Shown one piece after another: positions 1 through 10,135 of a DNA stretch of 64,000 bases. The stretch's first letter is position 1, and each line of letters starts with the position of its first letter. A program made the translations under genes and the position numbers. Under the pieces are notes generated by a model that saw only the letters and a program-made list of their open reading frames with translations, was not told where the DNA came from and made no database searches. The DNA lies in NCBI RefSeq assembly GCF_006345805.1, contig NC_043005.1, forward strand, positions 103,106,001 through 103,170,000. The letters are read 5' to 3'. Source of the stretch: Octopus sinensis. Its lineage: Eukaryota.

Positions 1-1416
1 ATGACCTCACTGTATATCTTTTTTATTATAGTATATCTAGTTTTGGTGGAACTTATCGCTCCTTCTTAGCGATCGATCAAGAGCATAGCTATAATTGAAT
101 TTAGTACACGAATTAGACTCTCAAGCATTGTTCATTTGTTTATTGAAGAGCATGTGACCTTTTACATATGATCATGGCAACTAGCGATAAACGATTAAAT
201 GAAAGACCTACTGAAAATTCACTAGAGCTTGCAGAGATAGCTATCAGATCGCTTGAATCACACCTTAGAGAACTTACTTGATAATGTAGCCTGAAAGATG
301 CTATCTACTAAAAGAACGCCTTTGGTCATATGATTGTTCACACAATGGCTTTTGGGTTAAGCAATTCTCTGGGTAATTGTCAAACTTCTTAACAATAGAC
401 TGTAATATTACTAATAATTAAAACCCTTTGCCAAGTGTCCTCCTATTTACTTTGGTAACAACAAAGGAATGACTGCCAAAATATGAATTACACTGGAGCA
501 ACGAAATTCCTACAGGCAGTTTCATGTGAGAATATAATTCTACGACTCTTAGATTTGCTTTTGTATTTTAGTACAGCACAAAAGGTCAGAACTATTCATG
601 GGTATTTTATCTTCTCTTCAGCACACGAGGTTTTGTAATTAAATTATGCCTTAAAGCAAATATTCAGAGACTGAAAAGAGAATCAGTGCAAGTAGACTAG
701 AATCACTAAAAACAAAAAAGAAAAACGACGACGTTAATTGTAATTGAAATAAAATGTCTGCTGTATCTCGTTTGATTTGCTAGCAATCATTACAAATGAC
801 ATTTCTGGTGGTTGTTAAAAGAATTAATAACTTTATTCTCACTAAATATCTTAGACGGCAATCTGTCCAATAACATTTCACCTGATTATAATGATTTTAA
901 TTTGTCAGGAAGTTGTTTTAGTAACTGAGTAATAGAAGTAGCAGTGTCTTATAGAGAAATCGGCAATCCAGAAATTTACTGATTAACAATGAGAAAATTG
1001 AATTGGCAGAATTACCAGTGACCGGAGGTGCTGTGCCAAAACAAAAGTCGTATTGATTAATGTGAGTTTTTCAGAGACTAGCTACGCCTTATCCACATTC
1101 ACGTGGTACGAGCTATACAAAATATGTCTAATAAGCTTCAACATTTTCATGTCTAGAGGTTAAGATTAAAACCACGTGTACTGAATTCATTCTAAGTTTT
1201 AGCTATCAAATACAGCAAATACTGTAGAGGGTACTAAGATTTCTAAAAGCAACCTACTAAGTATATTCTTATTTATAAGCCAAGCACTTAGGTTAGGGAC
1301 TCAAACATATTTCAAATGCACGAAAAACATTTTCTAAATTAAAAATAACATAATATGTTGTAAACCACGAAAATCTAATTGGAAATACAAACGCAGTTAT
1401 GAAGAATTGTTTTAGT

Positions 1417-1500
1417 TCAATGACTAGTATCATTTTAATTAGTTCGACATGTAGCCTGTAGTTTACATCTGGCTTGTCTCGTCAGCAAAGAAGCCAAGGA
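1417..1500 (-). ncRNA. Degenerate hammerhead (diverged copy 0 of the array)
   Basis: UCUUUG-CUGACGA-GACA...UGUC is retained, but GAAA is reduced to GAAC and the sequence after GUC (AUUGA) no longer pairs with stem I. Confidence 0.55.
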
Positions 1501-1666
1501 AAATATATATCCACGAGGCGACACCAGCGACGCCTCGAGTCTATATATTCTAAATTTTCAAAATCCACCGTCACCGCGCAATCTTCTCAGCAGCAAATAT
1601 AAACTGCTGATATAATTTCAAAATTAGCCAAAAAATCATTAATTATATATATATATATATATATAA

Positions 1667-1823
1667 TAAATTTCTAAATATCTCAGAGAGATATAAGCAG
1701 TGTTGGTACGATAGAGCAGTTGTATACTGTCAACTTAACGAGACAGTCCCATAAAAGGGATCACCTCACCGCTATTTAGCGCTAGGAATCATCAACGCTT
1801 CCTGTCGGCCTTGACACATTTGC
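1667..1823. repeat. ~157-bp segment, paralog of 3110-3265
   Basis: TTTCTAAATATCTCAGAGAGATATAAGCAGT...CTGTCGGCCTT is present in both places with scattered substitutions. Both copies abut a microsatellite at the same end. Confidence 0.85.
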
Positions 1824-2024
1824 AGGGTAGCAAAAAATTCAAGAAAAATTTATCGCCACCAGCGGTCTAGTGAGAAAGAAAAAATAGTCACAGACTATAT
1901 ATATGTAATTTCAACAATATTAAGAATGACCCTGATAGGCCATTCGACTCACCAGAAAGAGCAGCCAAACTCAAACCGCTAAATAGTTGTAATTCTGAAA
2001 CCAAAGGAGAAATAAAAACATTTA

Positions 2025-2135
2025 CCCTTATCATCTTTGGACTATGCATAGTTTCGACACTTTTGTAAACCAATTTAATCAAATTAATTAAATTTGTTTA
2101 TATCTGGCCTGTCTCGTCAGCAAAGAAGCCAAGGA
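2025..2135 (-). ncRNA. Type I hammerhead ribozyme, intact (copy 1)
   Basis: Minus strand reads UCCUU-GGCU-UCUUUG [CUGACGA] GACA...UGUC [GAA] ACUAU-GC-AUAGU C | CAAAGA-UGAU-AAGGG. Stem I is 6 bp + 4x4 loop + 5 bp. Stem II opens with a G-C pair and is extended. Stem III is the palindrome ACUAUGCAUAGU. GUC cleavage is predicted between 2040 and 2039. Confidence 0.88.
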
Positions 2136-2491
2136 TTATATATATCCACGAGGCGACACCAGCGACGCCTCGAGTCTATATATTTTAAATTTTCAAAATC
2201 CACCGCCACCGCGCTATCTTCTCAGCAGCAAATATAAACTGCTGATATAATTTCAAAATTAGCCAAAAAATCATTAATTAATCGATATAAGGGTAGCAAA
2301 AAATTCAAGAAAAATTTATCGCCACCAGCGGTCTAGTGAGAAAGAAAAAATAGTCACAGACTATATATATGTAATTTCAACAATATTAAGGAATGACCCT
2401 GATAGGCCATTCGACTCACCAGAAAGAGCAGCCAAACTCAAACCGCTAAATAGTTGTAATTCTGAAACCAAAGGAGAAATAAAAACATTTA

Positions 2492-2603
2492 CCCTTATCA
2501 TCTTTGGACTATGCATAGTTTCGACACTTTTGTAAACCAATTTAATCAAATTAAATTAAATTTGTTTATATCTGGCCTGTCTCGTCAGCAAAGAAGCCAA
2601 GGA
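2492..2603 (-). ncRNA. Type I hammerhead ribozyme, intact (copy 2)
   Basis: Same core and stems as copy 1, with one extra base in the stem II loop. GUC cleavage is predicted between 2507 and 2506. Confidence 0.88.
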
Positions 2604-2960
2604 TTATATATATCCACGAGGCGACACCAGCGACGCCTCGAGTCTATATATTTTAAATTTTCAAAATCCACCGCCACCGCGCTATCTTCTCAGCAGCAAA
2701 TATAAACTGCTGATATAATTTCAAAATTAGCCAAAAAATCATTAATTAATCGATATAAGGGTAGCAAAAAATTCAAGAAAAATTTATCGCCACCAGCGGT
2801 CTAGTGCGAAAGAAAAAATAGTCACAGACTATATATATATAATTTCAACAATTTTAAGGAATGGCCCTGATAGGCCATTCGACTCATCAGAAAGAGCAGC
2901 CAAACTCAAACCGCTAAATAGTTGTAATTCTGAAACCAAAGTAGAAATAAAAACATTTAC

Positions 2961-2963
<3 letters not shown>

Positions 2964-3049
<86 letters not shown>

Positions 3050-3102
3050 AGAGAGAGAGGAGAGAGAGAGAGAAAGAGAGAATGGGAGAGAGAGAGAGAG
3101 AG
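2964..3102. repeat. (TA)n followed by (GA)n microsatellite
   Basis: Direct reading. Confidence 0.97.
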
Positions 3103-3109
3103 GAATATT

Positions 3110-3265
3110 ACATTTCTAAATATCTCAGAGAGATATAAGCAGTAGTGATACGATAGATTAGTAGTATACTGTCAACTTAATGTGACAGTCCCATGAAGGG
3201 AATCACACCACTGCTATTTAGTGCTAGGAAGCCTCAATGCTTTCTGTCGGCCTTAACGCATTTCC
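3110..3265. repeat. ~157-bp segment, paralog of 1667-1823, lying 3' of the 3322-3362 hammerhead on the minus strand
   Basis: Manual alignment to 1667-1823. Confidence 0.85.
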
Positions 3266-3321
3266 TGTATCCTTATGTTTACAAGGGGGAGACAAGTACC
3301 TACACCCAGCTAATCCTGCAT

Positions 3322-3362
3322 CCAGAGACTAGTTTCTGAGTCTTTACTTGTCATCAGTCTGG
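3322..3362 (-). ncRNA. Minimal type I hammerhead, near-intact (Penelope-like type)
   Basis: Minus strand reads CCAGA [CUGAUGA] CA-AGU-AAAG-ACU-CA [GAAAC] UA GUC | UCUGG. Stem I is a perfect 5 bp, stem III is palindromic (ACUAGU) and the triplet is GUC. The two basal pairs of stem II are mismatched. Confidence 0.65.
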
Positions 3363-3376
3363 GGTAGAATGGCCTG

Positions 3377-3530
3377 CTAGTTGGAGATGCATGTCTAACC
3401 TTTATAAACATATAAGAATTCTAGTGAAATGAATATTTAGAAATGTAATACTTCTATTTTTGTAATCAGTGGATTTATTTCACTCGAATTCTTATATGTT
3501 TACAAAGGCTAGACAGGCCTCTCCAACTAG
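3377..3530. repeat. Inverted repeat, ~58-bp arms (3377-3434 / 3473-3530)
   Basis: CTAGTTGGAGATGCATGTCTAACCTTTATAAACATATAAGAATTCTAGTGAAATGAAT matches the reverse complement of the right arm at roughly 88% identity. Confidence 0.85.
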
Positions 3531-3539
3531 AGGGGGATT

Positions 3540-4130
3540 CAAACGTAGTGATTGCATGGGAGGCCGACTGAGAGGAGAAGAAGATGGAAAAAGCGAGAGG
3601 GATAAGTCGGTCGATGGTGTATATTTTGGAGAGATTAGAGTGAATGGCGGCACGCAAAAGGTGGTAGGATGTAGTACGGAGTATGGGTAGGATAGTTGTA
3701 GCTGAGTGGAGAGTCGGGTAGAAATGGAGGCGGAAATCTTTAGGGATGAGGTAGTGATGTAAGCAGCGACGGAGAAACGAAAATAGGAAAAAAGGGGGGA
3801 AATGGGGAGAGAGAGAATGTGAATAAAGACGGAAAGAAAATTTCAAAAGGTGAAGGGAGATAAAAGCAAGAGTCATGAGGAGAAAAAATATATATGAGAG
3901 GTGGGAGAAGAAAATAAAAACTGGGAAAGAAAGGACGAAGACGGAAGAAAGAGAGAAAAAAGGGGGAAGAAGGGGAGAAGAGAAGAGGAAAGGGGAAAAG
4001 AAAGGAAGGGAAAAAGAGGAAAGCTAACACGTGCGAATTACAGAAAACGGAGTAAGGACAAACAGAGTAGGAAGATACGACAACAGGAAAAAGCAGAAAG
4101 TACAAAAAATGTTTAGAAAGCATAAAAATG
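3540..4130 (+). repeat. Purine-rich (GA/GAA/GGA) low-complexity tract
   Basis: Base composition. It explains the K/R/E-rich and F/L/S-rich ORFs in the track. Confidence 0.8.
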
Positions 4131-4150
4131 TTACGAAAAGTTCAAAAGGT

Positions 4151-4210
4151 TAGCCATTGATAAAATATGAAATTCATTATTTAGCTTAGAACGTGTAACG
4201 TATATATATA

Positions 4211-4260
<50 letters not shown>

Positions 4261-4293
4261 TATATGAAATACATTATTTAGCTTAGAACATGT

Positions 4294-4325
<32 letters not shown>

Positions 4326-4375
4326 CGTTACACGTTCTAAGCTAAATAATGTATTTCATATTTTATCAATGGCTA
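4151..4375. repeat. Foldback: 50-bp inverted repeat around (TA)n, with an internal direct re-copy of the left arm
   Basis: 4151-4200 versus the reverse complement of 4326-4375 shows one mismatch. 4262-4298 repeats part of the left arm. Confidence 0.9.
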
Positions 4376-4425
4376 TAATCTAAATCATAATCCTTAATTC
4401 CACATGCAGATGCTTCTGCTACGTC

Positions 4426-4463
<38 letters not shown>

Positions 4464-4495
4464 TACGAAAACTACACAGCTTGGATACTATACGA

Positions 4496-4659
4496 CGACA
4501 CGATACACGGAGTATATTCGCAGCTGAGGTTTCCTCTTCAGTCCGAAATGCAAGATATCGTAACTGTTCACCGCAATTACCTTTTGAATCAGTTATGATT
4601 TCTTTGCATTTTGGGCTGAAGGCGAATACTCAGCTGCGTAGAGTCCATGTATTGTATCG
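4496..4659. repeat. Imperfect hairpin / foldback, ~75-bp arms and 14-nt loop
   Basis: CGACACGATACACGGAG...GCAGCTGAG...TAACTGTTCA pairs with TGAATCAGTTA...CTCAGCTGC...TTGTATCG. Confidence 0.85.
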
Positions 4660-4812
4660 CTTAATTTCCCGTCCGTTTAGTTTTCGTCTACTCTCCCGTT
4701 TCCTCTGCTTTTGTCTAACCTTTTCCTTGTATTCTTTCCGTTTAACCCTTGATACACACACACACACACACAATCCCATAAACAAGCCTTCCCCTTTTTT
4801 GCATATACATAC

Positions 4813-4869
<57 letters not shown>

Positions 4870-5090
4870 CATACAGGCATACATATATATATATACTAAT
4901 ATATATACATATATATACACACAAACATATATATATATATACAAATATGTATAAAAATATGCATATATATATACATATATAAATAAATATATATATATAT
5001 ATTCTTTTTTAAAGAATATATTTATATTTTAAAAGATTATTTACGTATATTTATTAATTAATTATTTTATTATTATAGTTTAATTTTAGC

Positions 5091-5185
5091 CTGATGAGTG
5101 ACTATATTTATATCGAAGTGATTTTACTACTATTATTAATTTTTTTTGGTATAATCATTTCTTAAATATAGCCACGAAACACGTA
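5091..5185 (+). ncRNA. Partial hammerhead (core and long stem II, no stem I)
   Basis: CUGAUGA; GUGACUAUAUUUA/UAAAUAUAGCCAC pairs 12 of 13; inner stem GAAGUGAUU/AAUCAUUUC; GAAAC-AC-GUA. The flanks do not pair. Confidence 0.5.
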
Positions 5186-5339
5186 TCGTTATTCTACCAA
5201 ATATATACGTTTTATTTATTATTTTGCACATTACTTAATCATCGTTATATTATTGTTATTTCATATTTAATATTTCTATTATATGAAATTTTCTAGATGG
5301 CTTAATTTAATTGTTCATTTTGAACAATTTTTTCTAATT

Positions 5340-5370
<31 letters not shown>

Positions 5371-5377
5371 ATGTATG

Positions 5378-5425
<48 letters not shown>

Positions 5426-6410
5426 TGTTCATTTATAATATTACTTATATTCGTACATACTTTCAAAAACGCACATAGAAACAGCATCGTTTTATCTGCA
5501 GTATAGAGGCCACGAGAGAGTTAGCAATGTTATGTGTCTGTACCAATTCTTTACGACATTGTACTGATAGAGTCCATGCACATCGCTCCTGTGTTCAAAG
5601 AACTGATAAATAATTACTACAACCGGATTATTAAAATCCGTCAAGGAATAGATAATCTATGCAGCCATCTAGTCTTCGTGTACGATACGAAATAGTATTC
5701 ATCGCATGAATATTAATTTATGAGCATCTTCCTTATTTACCGAAGTTAGAGAGTAACCCTATGATTAGAATAAATAACGGGCAAAAGATCATTTTTGCGT
5801 ACCTTTTACTTAAAAAGAAAGGTGACTGTTTGATATATAGTTGATTGACATGATAATGGAAAAGCCTAAAAGGATAGCTAACAGTACCAATGCTACTTTC
5901 TACTTCTAGTTCCGTGAGTTTCATATAATCATCAGAAGAAGAGAAGCGAAAGATAGGACTAGTTACAGATTGAGAATACCGAGTTTAGTGTCCGTCTTCT
6001 CTACGTCTCTACATCTGAGAGTAGACTGTTTCAGTTGAACAATTTCAATGGTCAATACATACACTCACACGCAGTGACTTACACACGGGCGAGGACGATC
6101 AGACACGCGCGTTCGCACAACACGAACTCACATAAAAACAATCTCTCGAACAAGCTAGAGCCTAGGAAATTTGGCTACCAGCTCACCATGTACTTGGTTT
6201 AAAAATTATAAGCACATATCTACATGTATATAAGAACGTATGTATGAGTATACATAGCTGCATATACATATACACACACGTGTATTCAGTTTGGGCCCTC
6301 ATGTAAGTATGCATTTCAACATGCAGTATGGATTCTTGAAATAAACGCCTTGAGTCTCGTTTGCACTGAGTTCTGCTGGCATTTTGCTTTCTTTCTTCAA
6401 CATACACTTC

Positions 6411-7045
6411 TATTTGTTTCAGCTAGAGCACTGCCTTAAATGGTTTTAATCGAATAAATCTACCCCAGATATCGGTCTCTTTTCACGAACCGCTAATTTA
6501 CGGGAATGTAAACGCACCAACATGGGTTGTCAAGCGATGATGAGGGGAGAAAAACAGACATAATGACACACACACATACACACACACACATATATATATG
6601 TGTGTGTATGTACGACGATTTAGTGGTTAGGGCATTCGGCTCACGAGCGTAAGGTCATCAGTTCAATTCCCGGCGGCGCGTTGTGTCCTTAAGCAAGACA
6701 CTTTATTTCACGTTGCTCCATTCCACTCAGCTGGAAAAAACGAGTAGTACCTCTATTTCGAAGGGCCAGCTTTGTTACACTCTGTGTCACGCTGAATCTC
6801 CCTGAGAACTACGCTAAGGGCACACGTGTCTGTCGAGTGCTCAGCCACTTGCAGGTTAATTTCACGAGCTGGCTATTCCGCTGATCGTATCAGCTGGGAC
6901 ACTCGCCGTCGTAACCGACGGAGTGCTCCTTATGTACGACGGACTTCTTTCAGTTTCCATCTAGCAAATCCATTCACAGGTTTTTTCGTTTGACTCGAGG
7001 CTATACCAGAAGACACTTGCCCAAAATGTCACGCAATATCTATAA
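6411..7045 (-). mobile_element. tRNA-derived SINE (family 'B', with internal microsatellite), interrupted by a nested SINE
   Basis: Reverse complement of the tail (6411-6580) and of the head/core (6931-7045) of the family seen at 22095, 30062 and 34374. Confidence 0.8.
6618..6930 (+). mobile_element. CORE-type tRNA-derived SINE (family 'A'), 5'-truncated and nested
   Basis: B-box-like GTTCAATTCC, CORE-like GTGTCCTTAAGCAAGACACTT, 11-bp TSD TATGTACGACG at 6607-6617 and 6931-6941. Homologous to 35072-35396. Confidence 0.9.
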
Positions 7046-7164
7046 ACACTTATTGCACGCGTTTTCAATGTATCACGACTTAATATAAACGGTAATTATT
7101 TTTATTCATGGCACTTGCCACTATTTTCCTTTATGTCTCTTATTCTTTAATCTTATTATTGATA

Positions 7165-7221
<57 letters not shown>

Positions 7222-7737
7222 AGCGCGCACACACGGACGCATATTCTTTATTTGTGGTTTAATGATTCTATCGATGTTTCCATGCAGAAAATTCCGCAAT
7301 TTGTCAAGCGTTCCACGAGAAAACTGGTAATCAGCCTCCATATTGGATAAGGCTGCATGCGATTACACGAGAGTTTTCAAGACTTCAAAACATTATTTTG
7401 GTAATTAGATTCACAGATAAGGAGTAATAACTCATGCAGGAACTTCTTTAATTGATATTTCCCTATCGCAAGCCTTTGAATTTTTGCAGATATTAGTAAA
7501 AAGTTGAGGGACGTCGCTTTCAGGACAGTGTAATTACATTAGACTAGAACATTCATAAACCCTTATATATAAATGTATTCAACACGCCTGAATTGACTGA
7601 ATTTTTGTGAATGTATGTGCATATCTATTTTGATCAGTGGATGGGTTTGCACAGGCTTTAAATGTTTCTAAGCAGAAGAAAAATATTTTTGCAATTTTAT
7701 ATATGAATATATATGAATATATAAATTTTATATATGA

Positions 7738-7798
<61 letters not shown>

Positions 7799-7820
7799 TA
7801 TATATATATATATTATATAT

Positions 7821-8000
7821 GGAGTGGGACATCATGCTCGGAATGGCAAGAGAGGAAGAGGCCGACAAGAACCGCTGGCTTGACACCATCAAGAGTGACA
7901 CGGGAATGGCTATAGCCAATCTCAAAGAAGCGACCAAGGATAGAACTGGCTAGAGGCATTGATCCATCGAGTAACCGAGAGTCGAGTTCAACTGAGCAGA
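7821..8000 (+). mobile_element. RTE-clade (BovB-like) LINE 3' fragment
   Basis: Translates with frameshifts to EWDIMLGMA..RGRGR..RWLDTIKSDTGMAIANLKEATKDRTG*RALIHRVTESR, matching the RTE ORF C-terminus pattern MLG.IEG.R.RGR...RWLD.I.... Confidence 0.8.
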
Positions 8001-8008
8001 TAGATCAG

Positions 8009-8103
<95 letters not shown>

Positions 8104-8321
8104 GCCAGCTCGCCGCCTTAAATTAATCAGATATAATTATTCTGAAATAAACATTTATATGTACACATACATGCATACCAACAAACAGACAGAGAGACAG
8201 ACAGACTGTTAGACTGACAGATAGGGATATAAATAGATAGATACAATGATTAATTGATTGACATCACTATAGATTATGGACAGAAATATATCTATCTGTG
8301 TGTATGTGTATGTGTGTGTAT

Positions 8322-8364
<43 letters not shown>

Positions 8365-9074
8365 TGCGTGTGTATGTAAGAGAGAGAGTATTGATTCACA
8401 TTCATTTAAGAAGGCCACAATTTTGGCACCAGGAAAATGTTACATGAGACTAAACATATATAGAAATAATGAAGTAATGTTGTACTCAGTTTTAGTATTT
8501 GGTTATTGGGTAAGATTTGAGCCCACCACAGATCTTTGATATCTATGTATCATTGTTCGAGTAAGTTTAGCTGTGTGAGTGCTCGTGTGTGTATAATTTT
8601 TTTTAACGCAACTCAGCTTTGCTTTATCTTTCTGTTTCTTTTACTTGGGTTTCATTGTATACCTTGTGTACATTTGTAAGCAGTTTCGCATCAATGTCAA
8701 TACAAAAGTGAAATGTTTATCAGCATTTCACCTTTATAGAAATTATAGAGTAGCAAGAAAAAATAGCTACCATTTTATATACACATCAACTGGGTTCTAT
8801 TGAATATTAATAACAAAGTTGGAAACAATATACGTCATTATTCTTGATTTCTATTCAACCTACATATATACAACTTTCAAAGGATTTATTGCAATGATCG
8901 AAAGACAAATATGCTGGTGTTTTCAAAAATTATATTTCTCATATATTTTTCGTTGTTGATTTTTTAGTTTTGTTGTTAACTTATTGCTGGATATTTTTGT
9001 GAATATCTCCCCGCCTCGCATATTTTCAAAGTCAAAGCTATTCATATAAATTTGCGATATGAATATGTAAATAT

Positions 9075-9440
9075 GGGTGATGTGCTGACAAAATCATTAC
9101 CGCCCGGAAAAATTGCTTAGCGGATTTAAGTTCTGAGTTCAAATGCCACTGGGTCTAATTTTGCCTTCCATCATTTTGGGGTCGATAAAATAACTATCAG
9201 TTGAAGAATGGAGTCGTTCTAATCGATTTAGCTCCTCTCCTGAAATTGCTGGTCCAGTGGCAAAATTTGAAACCAATACGTACATGAAAATAAAGGTTGT
9301 GAGCTGTCACAATCGATTCCGCACTTGACAAATACTTAGCGGTATTTCGTCCATCTTTATGTTTAGAGATCAAATTATGCAGAGATCGAATTTACCCTTC
9401 ATCCTCACGAAGTCAATGAAATTAGTACCAGTTGTCGATC
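9075..9440 (+). mobile_element. Two adjacent decayed SINEs of family 'C' (Meta-like central domain)
   Basis: GAGTTCAAAT B-box and TTTGCCTTCCATCATTTTGGGGTCGATAAA at 9075-9275; a second decayed copy at 9294-9440. Confidence 0.65.
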
Positions 9441-9444
9441 TTTT

Positions 9445-10135
9445 TAAAAATTGCTAGCTTTGTGCCAAGATCTCAAAACAATATGAATATAAGCTTTTCA
9501 TTGATGCCGGGTTTCAATTTTTGTATAAGCACAATGTCCTTTGCATCCCAAAATTTGAGGTCATCACCGTCACTGCAGGCGAAACGACTTTCTTTGGAGC
9601 AGGTGGAGCATGGATTTTTTTCATGGTGTGTATCTTTGTCTCTGACTCAAAGTGATGAACCCAGCACCCATCCTGGCTTAGATGACATTCAAGGAAACCA
9701 GCTGGATCTGCTTCAAAGAATATCAAATTTTTCCGTGATGTGATCAGCCCGGTGCGCTTTTGATCAGGTGTTCGAAGACATGGCACCCATCAATCAGAAA
9801 CCTTTGTTATGCTAATTTCATTTCGCAGAATATTCCCAACACTCTCACGGGATATGTTACTAGCATTAGCTATTTGATTTATAGTCAGTTACCTATCATC
9901 CATCAACATTTCGTGAACAGGATCAATGTTTCGGTTTCAGACGACCAGACCTAGGGTCATCTTCAGGACTCACTGTTCTGCTCCTACATTTAGCTTCCCA
10001 CTTTTGGGTTGTTAATAAAACCGGAACGTCATCTGCAAATACAGCTACCGTGTCGGCATGAATGTCCTTGGGAGATAAACACTTTTCTACAAAGACTTAG
10101 TAATATTACGATGTCATTTTTTCTCCCAATTTCAA
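9445..10135 (-). pseudogene. Decayed mariner (Tc1/mariner superfamily) transposase
   Basis: Minus strand gives ...KDIHADTVAVFADDVP...QKW...EDDPRSGR...WVPCLRTPDQKR...FEADPAGFLE...QDGCWVHHFE.ETK...PAPKK. This includes a WVP(R)L motif and the first catalytic Asp region. Several stops and frameshifts. Confidence 0.9.

Larger units (their letters stand above)
1417..2965 (-). mobile_element. Tandem array of ~467-bp units, each carrying a hammerhead ribozyme (non-LTR retrozyme / Penelope-like pLTR-type array)
   Basis: Landmark GGGTAGCAAAAAATTC recurs at 1825, 2291 and 2759 (period 466-468); GTCTCGTCAGCAAAGAAGCC recurs at ~1476, 2111 and 2579. About 2.4 near-identical units at 1825-2965, plus a more diverged partial unit at 1417-1645. 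Ends in (TA)n at 2964. No meaningful ORF. Confidence 0.85.

Noticed and set aside
170-392. Possible reverse-transcriptase remnant (LKDAIY*KNAFGHMIVHTMAFGLSNSLGN)
   Set aside because: It vaguely resembles both Gypsy MPFGL.N and Penelope MAMGSPLS motifs, but the spacing is wrong and no YxDD follows. Too weak to call.
1888-2705. Repeated 62-64 aa ORFs in the tandem array
   Set aside because: They start at TTG/ATT-type codons, are frameshifted between near-identical units, and overlap the ribozyme. They are better explained as non-coding.
4525-4545. CUGAAGA in the 4496 hairpin (minus strand)
   Set aside because: It is followed directly by GGAAAC with no stem II, so it is not a hammerhead.
5895-5940. 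CUGAUGA...GAAAC on the minus strand
   Set aside because: The six nucleotides between the motifs (UUAUAU) cannot form stem II and there is no NUH at the right position.
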